A DNA stretch of 63,323 nucleotides, filler included, from Sphacelaria rigidula (GCA_964200075.2; 6 parts of 6 records of this genome joined end to end with filler, not necessarily neighbours in it); one strand, 5' to 3'. Positions 1 through 13,012 are shown, counted from the whole stretch's first letter. Numbers and translations are program-made. The notes: generated by a model from the sequence alone, not told the origin.

Positions 1-57
1 GGCCATTTTTCGTACCTTTCTTGGGCAAAACACGAGAAGGTATACTTTTTCTAGGCC
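1..57 (+). repeat. Dispersed repeat fragment; reverse-complement copy at 20781-20837
   Basis: ggccatttttcgtacctttcttgggcaaaa...ctaggcc matches the reverse complement of 20781-20837 with about 3 mismatches; both copies lie at or near contig ends. Confidence 0.85.
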
Positions 58-3000
58 ATTGCCCAAAATGTATCCCCATGTATTGGTGTTGTGCCTCGCT
101 TCTTTGGATTTTGCGTAGTTCTGTGAAAGGGTGGTATCCGGCACGGTTGTCTGCAACATATCTGTTACGTACCCCTTCGTTCATTCCGCCGCTCGTTTCG
201 CTCGAAAAAACTAAGCTTTTCTGTTTGTGACGCTGTCCGTCGCGCGCAACTAATTACAACATGGACTTGAAGCCATGTGAGAACATGAATGGCGTGGACG
301 TATCTGATTCCGCCTCGTAGCGTCCAATTCGATCCGACCGCATGTTTTCGAGTCGAAAAATATTTGATAAGACACGGCCCAATGACAGGTGGTACTATAT
401 TAGTATGTATATATAGAACATTTTGAAGTCACGAGCGTTAAGCATACTTTGTAACGAGGCGTCCACGAGATTCAATGCTGATTTTAGGTAGAAATTTCCT
501 CCGCACTCGCCCCGGGAGATGACTGTTCGGGCCAATGCCAATGCTGGGGGTCCGGTTAGCGGATTCGTGCTTTACTTTGTGCGGGGGTACACATGCGTTC
601 GCCACAGTTCGAACGGACGCGCGATCGCGGTGGTCCGGCAATGTTTCCGGCGGGCATGAATATTTCGAGAGAGGATCTATTCCCACAAGGGCTTGGCAAG
701 GCAAGATTACCGAGATCCTCGAAAAAGACGGACGGGACAGGGGCGCAGCCCCGGGTCCCGTGCGGCTTGTAATATTAATACAATATATATTTTTAATTAA
801 TTCATTAATTAGAGGTTGTTCAAAGATGGATGATGGGACGTCCATGAATTAATTAACTACTTGAATCAATTGGTTGGTTGCATTGTTATGACTCGATGGA
901 TGGTTGGATGGTTGATTGAATTTTTGTTTTTGGACAAGGAGAAGACGGAGAATATATGGATCGGAAAATGAAATCAAAAGGTGGCAAACATTGCAGAGAC
1001 CAGCGCAACTGTTTCGAAATAAAAGTAATGAACAGACCAGCGACCCAACGCAGAAGAGGATCAAACGTAAAAATAAATATGACCCAGAGAAATCCGAGTT
1101 CGACTGCAATCGAGCGACCTGTGTACTTGGTGACAACGGTTACACGAACAAAATCGATCTCAAAGTACAGCGATATTGGTACTCCCAAAAGGGACGAACG
1201 TGGACATACGCCCATCGTCGTAGTCGGTGCGAGTTCGCAACGGAGAGGATTCGATCTAAAGCTTCCAGCCGGAAGAGTCCGCATCTACACGCGTAGAAGA
1301 AGGATGAAAATGAAATAAACGAAGTGTCATGAAAATTGGAGAATAAACATTAACAAAAAGGAGTGGTGGAGACCCTACAAAAAAAGAAGAGGGAGGAAGA
1401 GGGCATAAAGGAAAGTCGCAGCCCGACCAGAAGAAGACGTTGGGGACAGACGCGCAGGCGAGGCAGTGAAAATAGCAACGGAAATAGTGTGGTGCAAAGT
1501 GGCGAGGTAGTGAAGACTGCAACGAAAACCGACGGGTGAGTATTGAAAAAAAAAAGAGAAGAGATATTTATATATAGAAACGAAGCGGTATAAAAATACC
1601 AAAGTGAATCAACAAAAAAAACATAGAGAACGAGACAGTTGTAGAAACACTGGAACGTAAGGGCAAGGAATAGACAAAACAGAAACGGCGAATGTACAAC
1701 AAGAGCAATTGAGGAGGCAAAACGAAATAGGAAGACGAGAAGGTACAGTGAAGAAAAAACAAACAACCATGCGCCTCGGAAAAAATGTGCAATCCGAGAT
1801 ACGAAAAAAATATTCCAGTAAATGAACGGGAAAAAGACAAGTAACAAAAACTTTAAAGCCGACAGTGTGAAACTCGAGAAACGCAAGAAGTAAATCCCAA
1901 CACGGAATACGAGACAAAGGCAAACGGCACACATCAGAAGGAATGGAAAATCATCGATACGAAGAAAAAAAAAGACGAGGAAAAAAAATGCAAAAAAAAA
2001 TCACACAAACGCTATATGAATACCCGTCAAAGTTGTTCGTCTTGTTGAATAATGAGGGCGCCTTGTGAAGAAACGACTAGAAAGACCGACGAAAGAAGAC
2101 GAAAACAAGAAACTCGACTGTGAAAAATCTAGAGAAAGCTAGTAAGAAAATGCAAGAAGGAACATTACGGAAGTAGAAAAGGCGACACTGAACCCGATGA
2201 TGAAACCCAGTAGACACAAGAACGAAAAAGGAAGCAAAACCAATGAGAGAAACGACAGATTCAGCAAAAAAAAAATATAAACGGCAGCAGTACATGTACC
2301 AGCAGAAAAAATGGACAGTGAAAAGTAGAAGAAACTGACTAGCGTACAAGGATGAAATAAAAAGTCGTGACAAAAAAAAGGCAGAAACAAATACCCATGA
2401 AGGAACAAAGGAAATCACGATAATAGAAGAAAAACACGTGAAATACTACGAAGGAAAACGACGCTTTCCTCGAGAGGCGCCACTGCTAAGAGAACACGTG
2501 AAAGGAGAATCAAGATCAGATCCTGATTGACCACAAGTTCTATGTAGCACTCCTTCGCGTGATTCGCCGCAAGGCACCACAACAATTCAAGGTGGTATGA
2601 AAGAGTCCGGCTGAGTGCAAGGCGAGTGAACTAGTGGCGGTAAGTTGTCGGTGCCGTCGTCGGAGATTCCAGGGCCAGTGCGGAAGGTCGGGGTAAGAGC
2701 CGACAGACGATTGTCGGTAACGTTGAGGTCGGCGGAAATGTTGTCGGGCTTGTAGTCGAAGGGGAAGGCGTCAGCCAGGGCGGACGGACGCACGAGGCGC
2801 CTTGAAATGTCGTCGGAATCGCTGTCTGGGCCGACAGGGGAGTTCGTAACACCCGGTAAACGAAGGTCGGCTATGGCGGCTGACGCACGGCGACGATCAC
2901 GCAACTCGCGAACGGCGTCGACGGCATCGACGACCTCGGCGCGGCGACCAGTGTGGACCTTCGCCTGGTCAGCTGTCAGTTCAATCCACTCGGCATCCTG

Positions 3001-3480
3001 ATGGTCCCAGCGGGCAACACTCTCTCTGACGCGGTCACCGACGCCGCCGGAGAAGAATAGGGAGTAGGCCTGCGCACGACGGAAAAGTGTAGGACACACA
3101 AGTGCAACGAAATACGCCTCCGATCTCAGAGCGTCCATGGGGTGGCCACCGGTGGGGCATATCCACGAAAAGCTAGGGAGGTATTCCCCATCCGGGGTCA
3201 TCGACGTAACGATGGCGACGGGCGACGGCGTCAAAGGACGAAGAGACTCCTCCCTAAAATGTCGAAGACAGCTCCAGATTTGTTTTTGCCGAGGTCAAGC
3301 CGAACTTCCTTCACCGCTTGACGCTGTAGTGTACGGTATTCCGCCAACGCAACGTTGACCTCGGTTTTGCTGACACCCAGGAGTTTTGTCCTGAAGTAAC
3401 TCTTCCCAACACCCTTGGAACAGTAGTCGACCATCGCTGGAAGGGAAGAAGGAAAACGCGAGGAAAAGGGAAAGTGAGTA

Positions 3481-4589
3481 CAGGCTGGGCCGCCTAAGAA
3501 GCGGACTTTCCTTCAGCCGGTTCTGACTGACGATCTATCGCGAGGCGTGCCTAACATGACACATCGTGGTGATCTGTAAATCAACGCGCGTCAATCACTT
3601 CACGTAGCACTGCGATATGACAAGTCTCCATCAAACGAAATACCTGAATGTAGTCAGCTGCGAAGTGTAGAGAGTTGAGGGTGGCATATGCGGCCGAATT
3701 AGGGGAAAAAACGGCAGAAATCGCAGTGACGGTTACAGTCGGTTGTGCCTCGGCCACAAGTGATGGTGCTGCAGTAGTTGTGTTTGTACAACAATGCATG
3801 TACTGTACGCGCGCGAGGTCTGAGATGGCACGCAGACGAGACCTCCAGCGCCCCAAGGCGTCGGGCTTGTAGAAAACGTCAAAGTTCTGGCTGAGGTTGT
3901 TGTAATCTAAAAGCAAGTGAGTCGGTTCTCGACAGAAAAACGCGATTTCACTGCTCAATTTCAAGTAGTTTTCCATGAAAATTTGACACGATATACATGG
4001 GGTCTATGTGAAGCCCCTACCGTTTACTCCTCTTTTTTTTTCTCCTCGTAACGTACTGGTGATCTACATTTCGGAACAATTTTCCAGGTAAAAACGCATC
4101 GACAGCTCATGAAAAAAATTCAAGGGGAGACGATAGGAACTTCACAACATACGTCATGCGCATCGTGTCGAAATTTCGTGAAAAAATACTTGAAATTGAT
4201 AAGGGTAACCACGTTTCATTTTTTCGCAGCTGGTCCATCTCCACGTAGGAACCAGTCTTCAACAATAACACGCGATTTAGCAGCTTGATTTTGGGTCGTA
4301 TTCTATGAAATTTTGACACGATGTATGTGCGAAAACTTCACCCTCAGCCCCGTACATTTACTTTTTTCTCCTTGAGTTATCGGCGACAAAAAAATCGGAA
4401 CCGTTTATTTCGGAACAAAAACGTGAATAACTCCCCCCCCCCAAAAAAAAAAAGAAGTAGGAGGCCAAATATGGAGTCTTTGTACATACGTCGTGTACAT
4501 TATGTCAAAATTTCATAGAAAACGACCCGAAAATGAGCTGCTGAATCGCGTGTTCACATCCCTGTCCGCGTCTTGGACGGCCCAGCCTG
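3481..4589. mobile_element. Non-autonomous TIR DNA transposon (Tc1/mariner-like, TA site) inserted in an intron
   Basis: TIRs caggctgggccgcctaagaagcggac (3481-3506) and gtccgcgtcttggacggcccagcctg (4564-4589); flanks ta/ca; purine-rich host tract resumes on both sides. Confidence 0.75.
3941..4555. repeat. Two adjacent related hairpin (inverted-repeat) units, about 3941-4205 and 4268-4555
   Basis: tcaatttcaagtagttttccatgaaaatttgacacgat pairs with 4161-4199; aacacgcgatttagcagc...ttttgacacgatgta pairs with 4495-4554; the arms of the two units are homologous. Confidence 0.75.
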
Positions 4590-5649
4590 CATCATTGATA
4601 GTGAAAATAGGAAGTGGAAAAAAAAGTTGGTGGGGGAAGTAGAGGTAAAGGAGGCGGGAACAAAAATATCAGAACAATACCGTGATACTTCAAAGTAGAA
4701 AAAGAGGAAATATGCGATGTGCAGAGAAAACGAGTACAGAAATATGCATAAAAATGTAAAACACCGGAGAAAAAAAAAGTGGAATACAGAAAACAGCATT
4801 TGATTGTTCAAAGACAAAAAAGAACCTACGAGAGGGGCGAGCGAAAGAAGTCATGAACGGAATGATGGATAGTGCTTGAACACGGAGAAGAAAAATATGA
4901 TTCGGGTATAGGGCGAGTGAAGACGAGGAAAGAAGGAGGGAGGAAACATTGGAAAATAGTACGTGTTGGGTTGTAGAAGAGAAGAGGTGAAAACAAATGT
5001 AAGATGTCACGGAAAGTAGGGAACAAAAAAAACTTTCCTTCAAAACTTTGCTTGTTCCCCAGCGGTTTGTCGTCGATCTTCAGGCGAAGATCAGGAGTCC
5101 ATTCTTCGAACGCCTTGATGGAGTTCCGAATGTCACTAAGTTTTCTGTCGTTGTCATAGACCTTAACAACGCCTAGCGTCAAAATACCCTGAGGGAAATA
5201 TGGCCCAAGTCGACGGACAGGACGATACGGTACGTCATCTTCATTCCCAGCTTAGCACTCATTCCTACCTAGCATCGATTATGATTGTAATCTTACAACA
5301 GTACCGTCGTAGTATATCTGTAGTGTTCTTGGAATCTTGAAATGGGTAAAGATTATTCAAAATGTTGGATAAAATAATCCGCGGCCAAGATTCGGGGCTC
5401 GAGTCCCACAGATTTTTGGGCAAACTGGCGGGGGTCGGCAAGCACAAATTGTTGCGTTCTGGCCGGCAGACCGTCATAATGTGGTCACGCCACGTTTTTC
5501 TTTCATGTGCTGGCTGCGCTTTTGTGAGAGTGATCCTGTCGACCACAACTAACGACACACGAAGCAACCACACGCCGCACCCGACGCGCGATGGAGCCCG
5601 CTTCGCGCGTACGAGACAAAAAACGACACGCCTTGCTCGTCGATCGAGG

Positions 5650-8600
5650 AGGCATGTGATGCACACTGTCGCTGTCTGGCGGGTGGTTCTGCGATCCTTC
5701 GATGAAGATGCCGAGGCGGACGACAGCGGCGACAGCAGTGCTCCCCCGGTGAAGCGTAGGAGGTGGGTCTACCCCCGACCAGACTATCGTGCTTCGTTTT
5801 GGTGGCGCATGCTTGGCGAGACGAGTCCGGATGACCCAGGATGGAGAGAGGCCAGATTATTCCGGAGGCGCTTCCGCATCCCGCATCAGTTCTTCCAGGA
5901 GCCAATCAAAGTCGTGAAGATGAAGAAATGGTTCCCGGTGAGGGAAAGAGATGTGGCGGGGCGCATGTGCATCCCAGTGGAGCTGAAGGTGAACATGTTG
6001 GACATGTCGAGAGATGACAGAGCTTTGGTTGTGTTTGTATCGTAGTTTTGTCGGCGTGTGTACAGCAGCAGGCTCTCCGACTTTGTTTGTATCTGGCGTG
6101 CTCCGTTATCACTACATAGCCTCTTGGGTAGGAGCAGCGTACACCAGGTTTATGACAAAATAAAATAGAAGAATAAAATCGGAACAAAATCAGGCTTATT
6201 TTCTCCCTGCTGCGCACTAGGGCAACGCGCAACCGCAGATCCAGCCATATTGGCTTGTTGACTATGGTCCACATGACATATGATCGAAGTTTCAGCGCCT
6301 TGCAGGGCCTGCACCGCGCGTACGGCCGTGCCTCCGGAACTCAGCACCTCTACAGGCGATAGGTGCATGAGTTTGAAAAGGTTGTCATTATCCAGGGGGT
6401 GTCAAAGTACAGATCGATGTTTGTTTCCCAGCGCAGAAGCCGCCCAGTAGGCCACGAGGTGGAAACTAGTGCACCAGCGTGTCCATACACGCACTAACTA
6501 ACGGTGCACGACATCTGGGCTGCGGGGAGGCCGTTTTGCAGGCGTATCGGAGTAATGTCACGGTTGGGGTGCACAAAATCTTTCTGAGTTTGAATCGGTA
6601 GGGCCCCTCATCTCATCAAAAAGGTGACCGACGAAAACACGCCCCAATTAGAAGTTCAATGGGCTAGGGATTTCTCGGGTGAATTTTGAAACGGGTGTCC
6701 TGATCCATATTTTTGTATATCCCCTAGTCGTAGCAGCCTCTCAATGATAACGAACTGAGCCCAACTGTGCAACCTCTCCCGTGGCATGATTCATCGACGG
6801 TATTGCCGAAAATCCGTACTGGCGTCGTGCATTATGTAGCAAGGCCCGAACGTGCAGCCGATATGTGTACATGCTGTCCGTATTGTGTCCCACTAGTGCG
6901 CCAAGTTTCACACCATGTCCATCAGGCATGGTAAAGAAATTCACGAGCGAAGTTTCTATTAAAAATTGCAATGATTTTCGTGTGTGGGCGATGGTTTTTG
7001 TATGTGGACCAAGTGCGGGCAGTTACATATAGAGAGGGGGTATGCACCTATGTTTCCATTTTTTTTTTCCTTTGGCGCAAGCCTGACACGGAGAGGTTTT
7101 GCGTCTAATGGTCAGGTCCTGTCACCGCTGCACATTCTAGGGAGGGGGAACTTCTTGGAAGACATGGCCCGGGCGTCACACATGAGTGGGAAAACGATAC
7201 AGAGCTCCTTCCCACAAGTTCAACAAGCTGTTCGCTCAGGAGTTTTACCGTGAGCACGTACATCTGCCAACAGGCGATGATCAGGACGAGGTAATCATCG
7301 CTTCAAGGGTCTGATCTAAAAGCGTGTTGCGGTTCGCAAATGCGCCGCGAAATCACTTTATTAGACTGCAATAGATTTTCCTGAAATTCGATTCGAAGTG
7401 AGAGCGCAGGTCATTATTCCAGCTGGTTGGAGCGTGCAACCCCGCATGATCGACTATCGGCGTTCACCACCCCCTCAGACGCCCGAATGCACTTCGAGGG
7501 AGCGACCCGCGTGTACCCGAGTGTGGGCACGGGTGCGAAGCAACTGAAAACTGTTGGCCAGTACATGATGTGGTCAAAACAGCGTCAGGAAGTTGTGTTT
7601 TTGCTGCTGTAGTACACGGGGACCCTATGAGGGGCACATGTGCTGTCCTTGTGAAAAGTTGACATTTTCGTCTTCATGGAGCACGTATTGCATATCGCGT
7701 CTCGAGAGAGAACGATGGCGTGGGATTTATGATTTTCATAGGAATGTCAGGGTTGCCAAGAATCCAAAAATCGAGCGCGTTACGCCACAGGCGCGGCACC
7801 TATCACCTGCGAACACCGGTGCAGTCTGTATTGATGAATGCTTCGCTTCCCCAGTCAGGTTTGGATTCCTCGCGCATCAGGCAAACAAAATAGAAGAGTG
7901 TGATTCATGGGTAATATTGAAATCATAGGTGTTCTTGTTGGACCTGTAAACGAGTTCGTCACACAGCATTATCCACTACAACCGCACGACGGGCATGCGA
8001 TATTTTTATCGTGTACAACCGTTCGAATTGTGGACACTCACTTGGTTGCCCGTGGTGAGTTCACGCCAAGACGCTGTACGTCGGAAGTCGTCGACAGCAG
8101 CGGTACGCAAGACCAAAAAAGACCAAGGGTGTCTGGTCGCTGCGAATTCTCCCAGAGTCTCACGCTCTCACCCGCTCAATCGCTTTTTATTTTGCGAACT
8201 AAGCAGGTGATGGCGTATTACGGTCATCTCGGATTCACGAGAGCGATTGGCTCTACCGATGTCACCCACATATCATGAGCGTCCTGGCCGTATTCGTGGG
8301 AGAAGCAGTACACCGGGGAGGAGGGTGTCGCGACCATCGCGTACCAAGTGATTGTGGATCACACTGGGCGGCTCCTGGCCGCGGCTAAGGGCTATGCCGG
8401 TTCGATGAACGACAGGAGTATTATCCAACACGATGCAGCGATCAAAGAAATGCAAACCTCTGAGGTCTACACGGAGAAGGTGTACCCTCTCCTCGTCGAG
8501 CATGGTGTGCCTGTCGAGCGCAAAGGCAACTACAGTGTAGTGGACAACGGGAACAACAAGGTGAATTCATATTTGTTATGCCCCGTGTTTACCCACATGT

Positions 8601-9600
8601 AGCCCTGTGTGCTGTATTCCCGCGTAGGGTTTCTGCCTTCGAATGGAGTCGGCAGTTGGATTGCTCAGGGTTGGGATTTTTCATGGGCCAACCATTGACT
8701 CCCTACAGTCGGTGTTTTTTTTCTTCTTGTTTTCGTCCCGTTTTTGTTAATATTTTTGTGGTTGTTCAATTTTCTGTGTTTCAACCATATCGGGCAGGTC
8801 GACGGTCGATATCTCGAATGAGGAAAATGACGGAAGAAAAAGAAAGTGCGAGTGAGATACGGCGGGACGCTTGGTGCGTTCCTGCCGAACGCCAAACCCC
8901 GATTGTCAACTGCACGGTGACGACCGTTCTGAACATGACGTATCACATGCCCACGACACCTTGGATTCACGTAGCCGGTAGATGCCAAGGATTATTGTTT
9001 TGTTGCGTAACATTCGAAAATAAATAATGATGAACTGTGTTCTGCTACGATGACATACGCAGCTGAAGTATACTTGGTTGCAGGAGTGAACCACGGACCA
9101 CGGACGAACCCCCCCACTGTTACCCCCCCGCAATCCTCCCTTGGCGCACTCCTTCCCGCTTCAGCGGTGGATCCCCCTCCCCCCTCCCAAATTTCCAGGC
9201 ACGGTAATGGAGAGCAGGTGGAGCGAAGCACTGGAGAGCGTTCGCAAAGACGTCGAGTGCTTTTTCGGCATTCTCAAACGTCGGTTTAGGACCCTGAAAC
9301 TAGGGATTATTTTTCAAGACGAGGATGACATCGACAACATGTTCTTCACGTGCTGTATCCTGCACACGCACTCGACGGGCTTGACGAATTCAAGCCTACT
9401 GTGTAGTGGGGGGGGGACAAGGAGGGTCTTCACGCCCCCTGGGACAACACGCCTTCGTTGGACGAAGCTTCAACAGGATCCACCGGCCGCAACAGGCGCA
9501 TTTCGAGTTGAAGAACGCGCTCACAAAGCACTTTCGCTACCGAAGACTCCGGAACGGCATTCGGTGGCTCAAACACAAAATGCCCGGCCGCCGGCACGCG
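5650..9600 (+). pseudogene. PIF/Harbinger-superfamily DDE transposase, intron-containing, disabled; exons about 5650-5988, 7116-7290, 8207-8560, 9199-about 9590
   Basis: Motifs FRRRFRIP, VELK/VLSPLHILGRG, GFTRAIGSTDVTH (D1), YTGEEG, GYAGSMND, VVDNG (D2), WSEALESVRKDVECFFGILKRRF (E), CCILH. GT-AG junctions present. In-frame TGA at 8276-8278 and frameshift near 7211; a short exon between 8560 and 9199 was not located. Confidence 0.92.
6285..6985 (+). repeat. Dispersed repeat family B, copy in transposase intron 1 (other copy 23395-24065)
   Basis: Shared colinear blocks ccgtgcctcc-gaact-agcacctctacaggcgata, ccagcgcag...accagcgtgtcca and tgtgtcc-actagtgcgcc. Confidence 0.75.
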
Positions 9601-10123
9601 TCTCACAACGTGGAGTTTGTTCGATTGCGAGGCAGACAGCCTTCGTTTCGTCTTGTTCGTGGATATCGTTCTTCTTCGATGGGGTTGTGGGTGAAGTTGT
9701 CAGTTGGTACGCGTCCGTACCCAAGCCAAAACCGTGCCGCTGCATGTCTTCATGTCATCGACCGCTCGCAGTTTCTTATACTTGCCGTATATGTCGGCGT
9801 TTGTGATCGCCAAGTCTGTCTTCCTCGTGTTTGTACGAACGTGGTGAAAAAGTCTGTATTTGCGTTGTGCTCCGAGAGATCGTTACGATTACACACATGG
9901 CTGTGTGTGGGCGACGGACGAGGGAGAGTGAAAGTCGTGCACAGGTCGAGATGACACTTTTTTTTTTTTTCTTCTCCCGTTCGATTGGATGTCCCGCTGC
10001 GCGTCATCACTGAGTCGGGATTTGCGTTGTGTCCGTGATTTTCGTGCCTTGATTCTCGTTTTTTGTTTTTTGTTTTTTATATACCTACGTGAAGTTACAT
10101 GAGTACGTGCGGTGTCGTCAGCA

Positions 10124-10346
10124 TGTCGCCGGTGGCAGAGTTGGTACGTCCAGGGTGTGTGTACTTGCACTCCACTTCTTGAGTACGCGCGTAAAGCCCC
10201 ACTCTCTCTGTATTTTTGTATCTGTTTGGTGCGTACTGTGCGTGGAGGGTGGATGATTTTGTCGGTGTAGTATCTTCGGTGTATTCATTTGTGTGTTTCG
10301 GTGTTCTTGCTTGGACTCATTGTAAGCCTTACAGCACGAGGTGACA
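10124..10346. mobile_element. Possible solo LTR
   Basis: TGTCGCC...GGTGACA inverted ends with TG...CA termini; flanks agca/tgca (3/4 match to a 4-bp TSD). Confidence 0.4.
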
Positions 10347-10471
10347 TGCAACACGCGCACTCCTGCCTTTGTGTTGAGCTGACTCACGAGTGGGTTTGAA
10401 AAAAGTTCACGGTTAGGACGAATCATCACGACTACGAATCACCAAATCCACGATTTCTTCGGTCCGATTGC

Positions 10472-10571
10472 NNNNNNNNNNNNNNNNNNNNNNNNNNNNN
10501 NNNNNNNNNNNNNNNTTAATTAATTAANNNNNNNNNNNNNNNNNNNNNNNNNNNNNNNNNNNNNNNNNNNN
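10472..10571. other. Artificial contig-joining spacer (44N-TTAATTAATTAA-44N); identical spacers at 21043-21142, 31614-31713, 42184-42283, 52754-52853
   Basis: The same 100-bp N/six-frame-stop linker occurs five times; the intervening contigs are all 10470-10471 bp in descending order. Confidence 0.97.
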
Positions 10572-10600
10572 TCATCCCACACGCCACCCCAACCCCCACG

Positions 10601-13012
10601 ATGGCGGCAACGGGCGCTACTCATGTAGGACCATCACCTGCACCACTGCGGTTGCAGGACCCAGGTCTGTCTACACTAGATTTGTCGGGTATCGTAACAT
10701 CGTCGACTACCCCTCTCGCGTCTTTCGTCAACGAACCAGCTGACTTGGTACGTTACACATGTCAGGCACATCACCTCGCAGACCCAATCTGTGAGAAGGC
10801 CAACAGCCTGCTTGCCTGGTTCCCCAACAACCGCGAGACTGTCACACTTGCGGGGGCGGTCAGATGTGTGCAATCTCAATCCCACCCCGACCACACCACC
10901 ACACAGATCCGAAATGAGTATGTCGAGCCCCTCATAACCATGTTCCGCGATGTCGAAGAAATTCGCAGAACGGTCTTTTCATACCCACCCCAGAACAACT
11001 TGGACCACGCGATTGGTGCATGAGATCAGAGTATTAGGGATGATGGGCAACGAGTTGCAAAACACCCTCTGCGCGTTGACGCAGATTGGCAGACTACGGG
11101 CAAAGGGACAGGTACAGTAAGGGGTGGTGGCGTTCAAACCGAACATACGCGGACCCGGAAATAATCCGCGCGCTTCAAATCCCACACGTCGAGTACCGAC
11201 GACAGTGACACGGACAATCACGATCCACCCCGTTACAATGACCAGATCCGCTCTAACCGACCTTCTGCACACACTCTCTCTGACTTTCTACCTCTGCCTT
11301 CCACCATTGCCAAGCAACGTCACTCCCTCTTGAAAGAGAAAAACAGAGGAAGGTAAGCTAGCCAAAACCGAGAAAAAAGAGGTTTTGGTGGAAGTAAAGA
11401 AGGAGAGTGACCTATCCAACACGGAGACACATGCACAGACTCAATCTGCACCACCTCATGCATCCCACAGCGACGCCCCCAGCACCCGACAAGCTTATTT
11501 GGTACTTAACACCAAGAATTTAGGTAAGGTCAAACCCCGGTTGCCTTTCATTGCAGGATCCAACGCAAGGCTCAACTGCAGTCAGTTGAGGTCATCGCTC
11601 ATGAATGTATTGAGCGATATCCTCGCCGCTTGCGACCCGAATTTCGTCAGTCTCGAAAGCAGCGAGTGGGTCCGCGGGTGGAGCCGCCCGTTGCATCGGG
11701 CACTAGAGCAGGCGATTGACCTCAACTCCTTCCACTCCGCCAAAATCACCGCAATATGCGACGCTCATTTCGATCAAGTGTCGCGGGCCCTCAACGAAGG
11801 CTCCAGTGGGAACGAGGCGTTCACAATTTTGTTACGGTTGCTTAGCTCGTCGCTTGACACCAGCTACGAAGGGGAATCTATTCAGAGATTACTCACCTTC
11901 AAGGTTCCCGTGAGAACCCCCTTCGATCAATACTTGATGGACTTTCGCACTCTAATTTCGGTCACTGTGGATGGCGGGCGTGAACTAGCCCCGACCAACG
12001 AGATGATAATGCCCCTCTTTCGTTCCAGTATGGGGCGACAGTGCCCCAGTCTAATGCCGAGTGTTTTCGTGAGTGATGCAGCTACTGCAGCAGTACCATT
12101 TGCGAATCTCGACGAAATGTGGAGTCGACTCGATGGGTTGCGTGTGAATCGTACACAGCTGTCGAGTCGATAGGAGTAAGACAGGACGGCACCACTTCGG
12201 CGCTTAGCCAACACGGTACGCAGGTAATTAGTCAGGAACCTCTCCCCACTCCAGCTGCCCCTGCGTCACAAACGCAACCCAGCAGGAAATCGAGTCAACC
12301 GGCGTGGATACCCGACTCAATGACTTCTGTAGGAGAAGTCATGATGACCGCCCAGGTTCAGATACCAGATGCATTTGCTAGTCGATTTCCAACTTGGCCC
12401 TTCACCAACGAAACTTGGCCGGAGGTGTTCAACGTGAGCACCTCCATGAACACCCACGACCCCCCCCTCTAGGCCCGCGACGTTGAACCCAACATCCGTA
12501 ACAAGCTTATCCATGAGTGTAAGAACAAATGCCTCAATTGCGGAATATGGTGTGATGGGAAAACTGGGTACTCCGCCGACGGCCGAGTTCCCATCCATTC
12601 CATGCGCACCTGCGAGGCACCGTTTGTAAATGCATTCGGCGTCTTGAATAACATATTCCACAATCCGCAATATGCAACGTGCTAGCTAACTTGGCACGCG
12701 TGTATGCCTTCTTACCGCCACCCTAAATCCGGCGACACGCGTGGCCAGAACAACCGCCCTAAACGGGGTAATCGCTTTTATGATAACGATTCCCGCTACC
12801 AAAACCCGCAGTACCAAACAGCGCACTACCATACGCGACCCGCTGACTCGGCGCCAAGTCTAACACAGTCTGACCCGGCAAACTCTCAACCGCAGAACCA
12901 GGTACAATCACAAGACGGACGACGACCACTGATGATTGCACCTAGTCCCACGTGTCCCCCACGCCAGGAAGACGCCCAACAACCCACCCCTGATGCTCAC
13001 CGCACAACTTGA
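10601..13012 (+). pseudogene. Gypsy gag-like region with zinc-knuckle variant
   Basis: Reading frame can be followed through several stops and shifts; FDQYLMDFRTL helical gag-like segment; CLNC...IHSMRTC at about 12529-12612. Confidence 0.6.

Larger units (their letters stand above)
1140..5250 (-). pseudogene. Unrecognised multi-exon gene, divergent from the Harbinger transposase; exons about 5250-5038, 3436-2469, 2061-2024, 1284-1140; two frameshifts in exon 2
   Basis: Coding-like islands are separated by very T-rich (minus-strand) tracts ending in ttccag, cacaag and gtgtag. Splice phases match at all three joins: ...KQSFE/AMVDYCSKG..., ...LLAVAPLE/APSLFNKTNNFDG/CGLFRLEALDRIL...LFV*. Frame changes near 3290 and 2635; 5' end uncertain. 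Confidence 0.55.

Noticed and set aside
1256..2418. Hydrophobic F/L-rich minus-strand ORFs as membrane proteins (also 4554-5043)
   Set aside because: By-product of T-rich intron composition; several overlapping frames look alike
11024..11500. Insertion interrupting gag
   Set aside because: The frame continues through isolated stop codons and no TSD or termini are found; simple decay explains it
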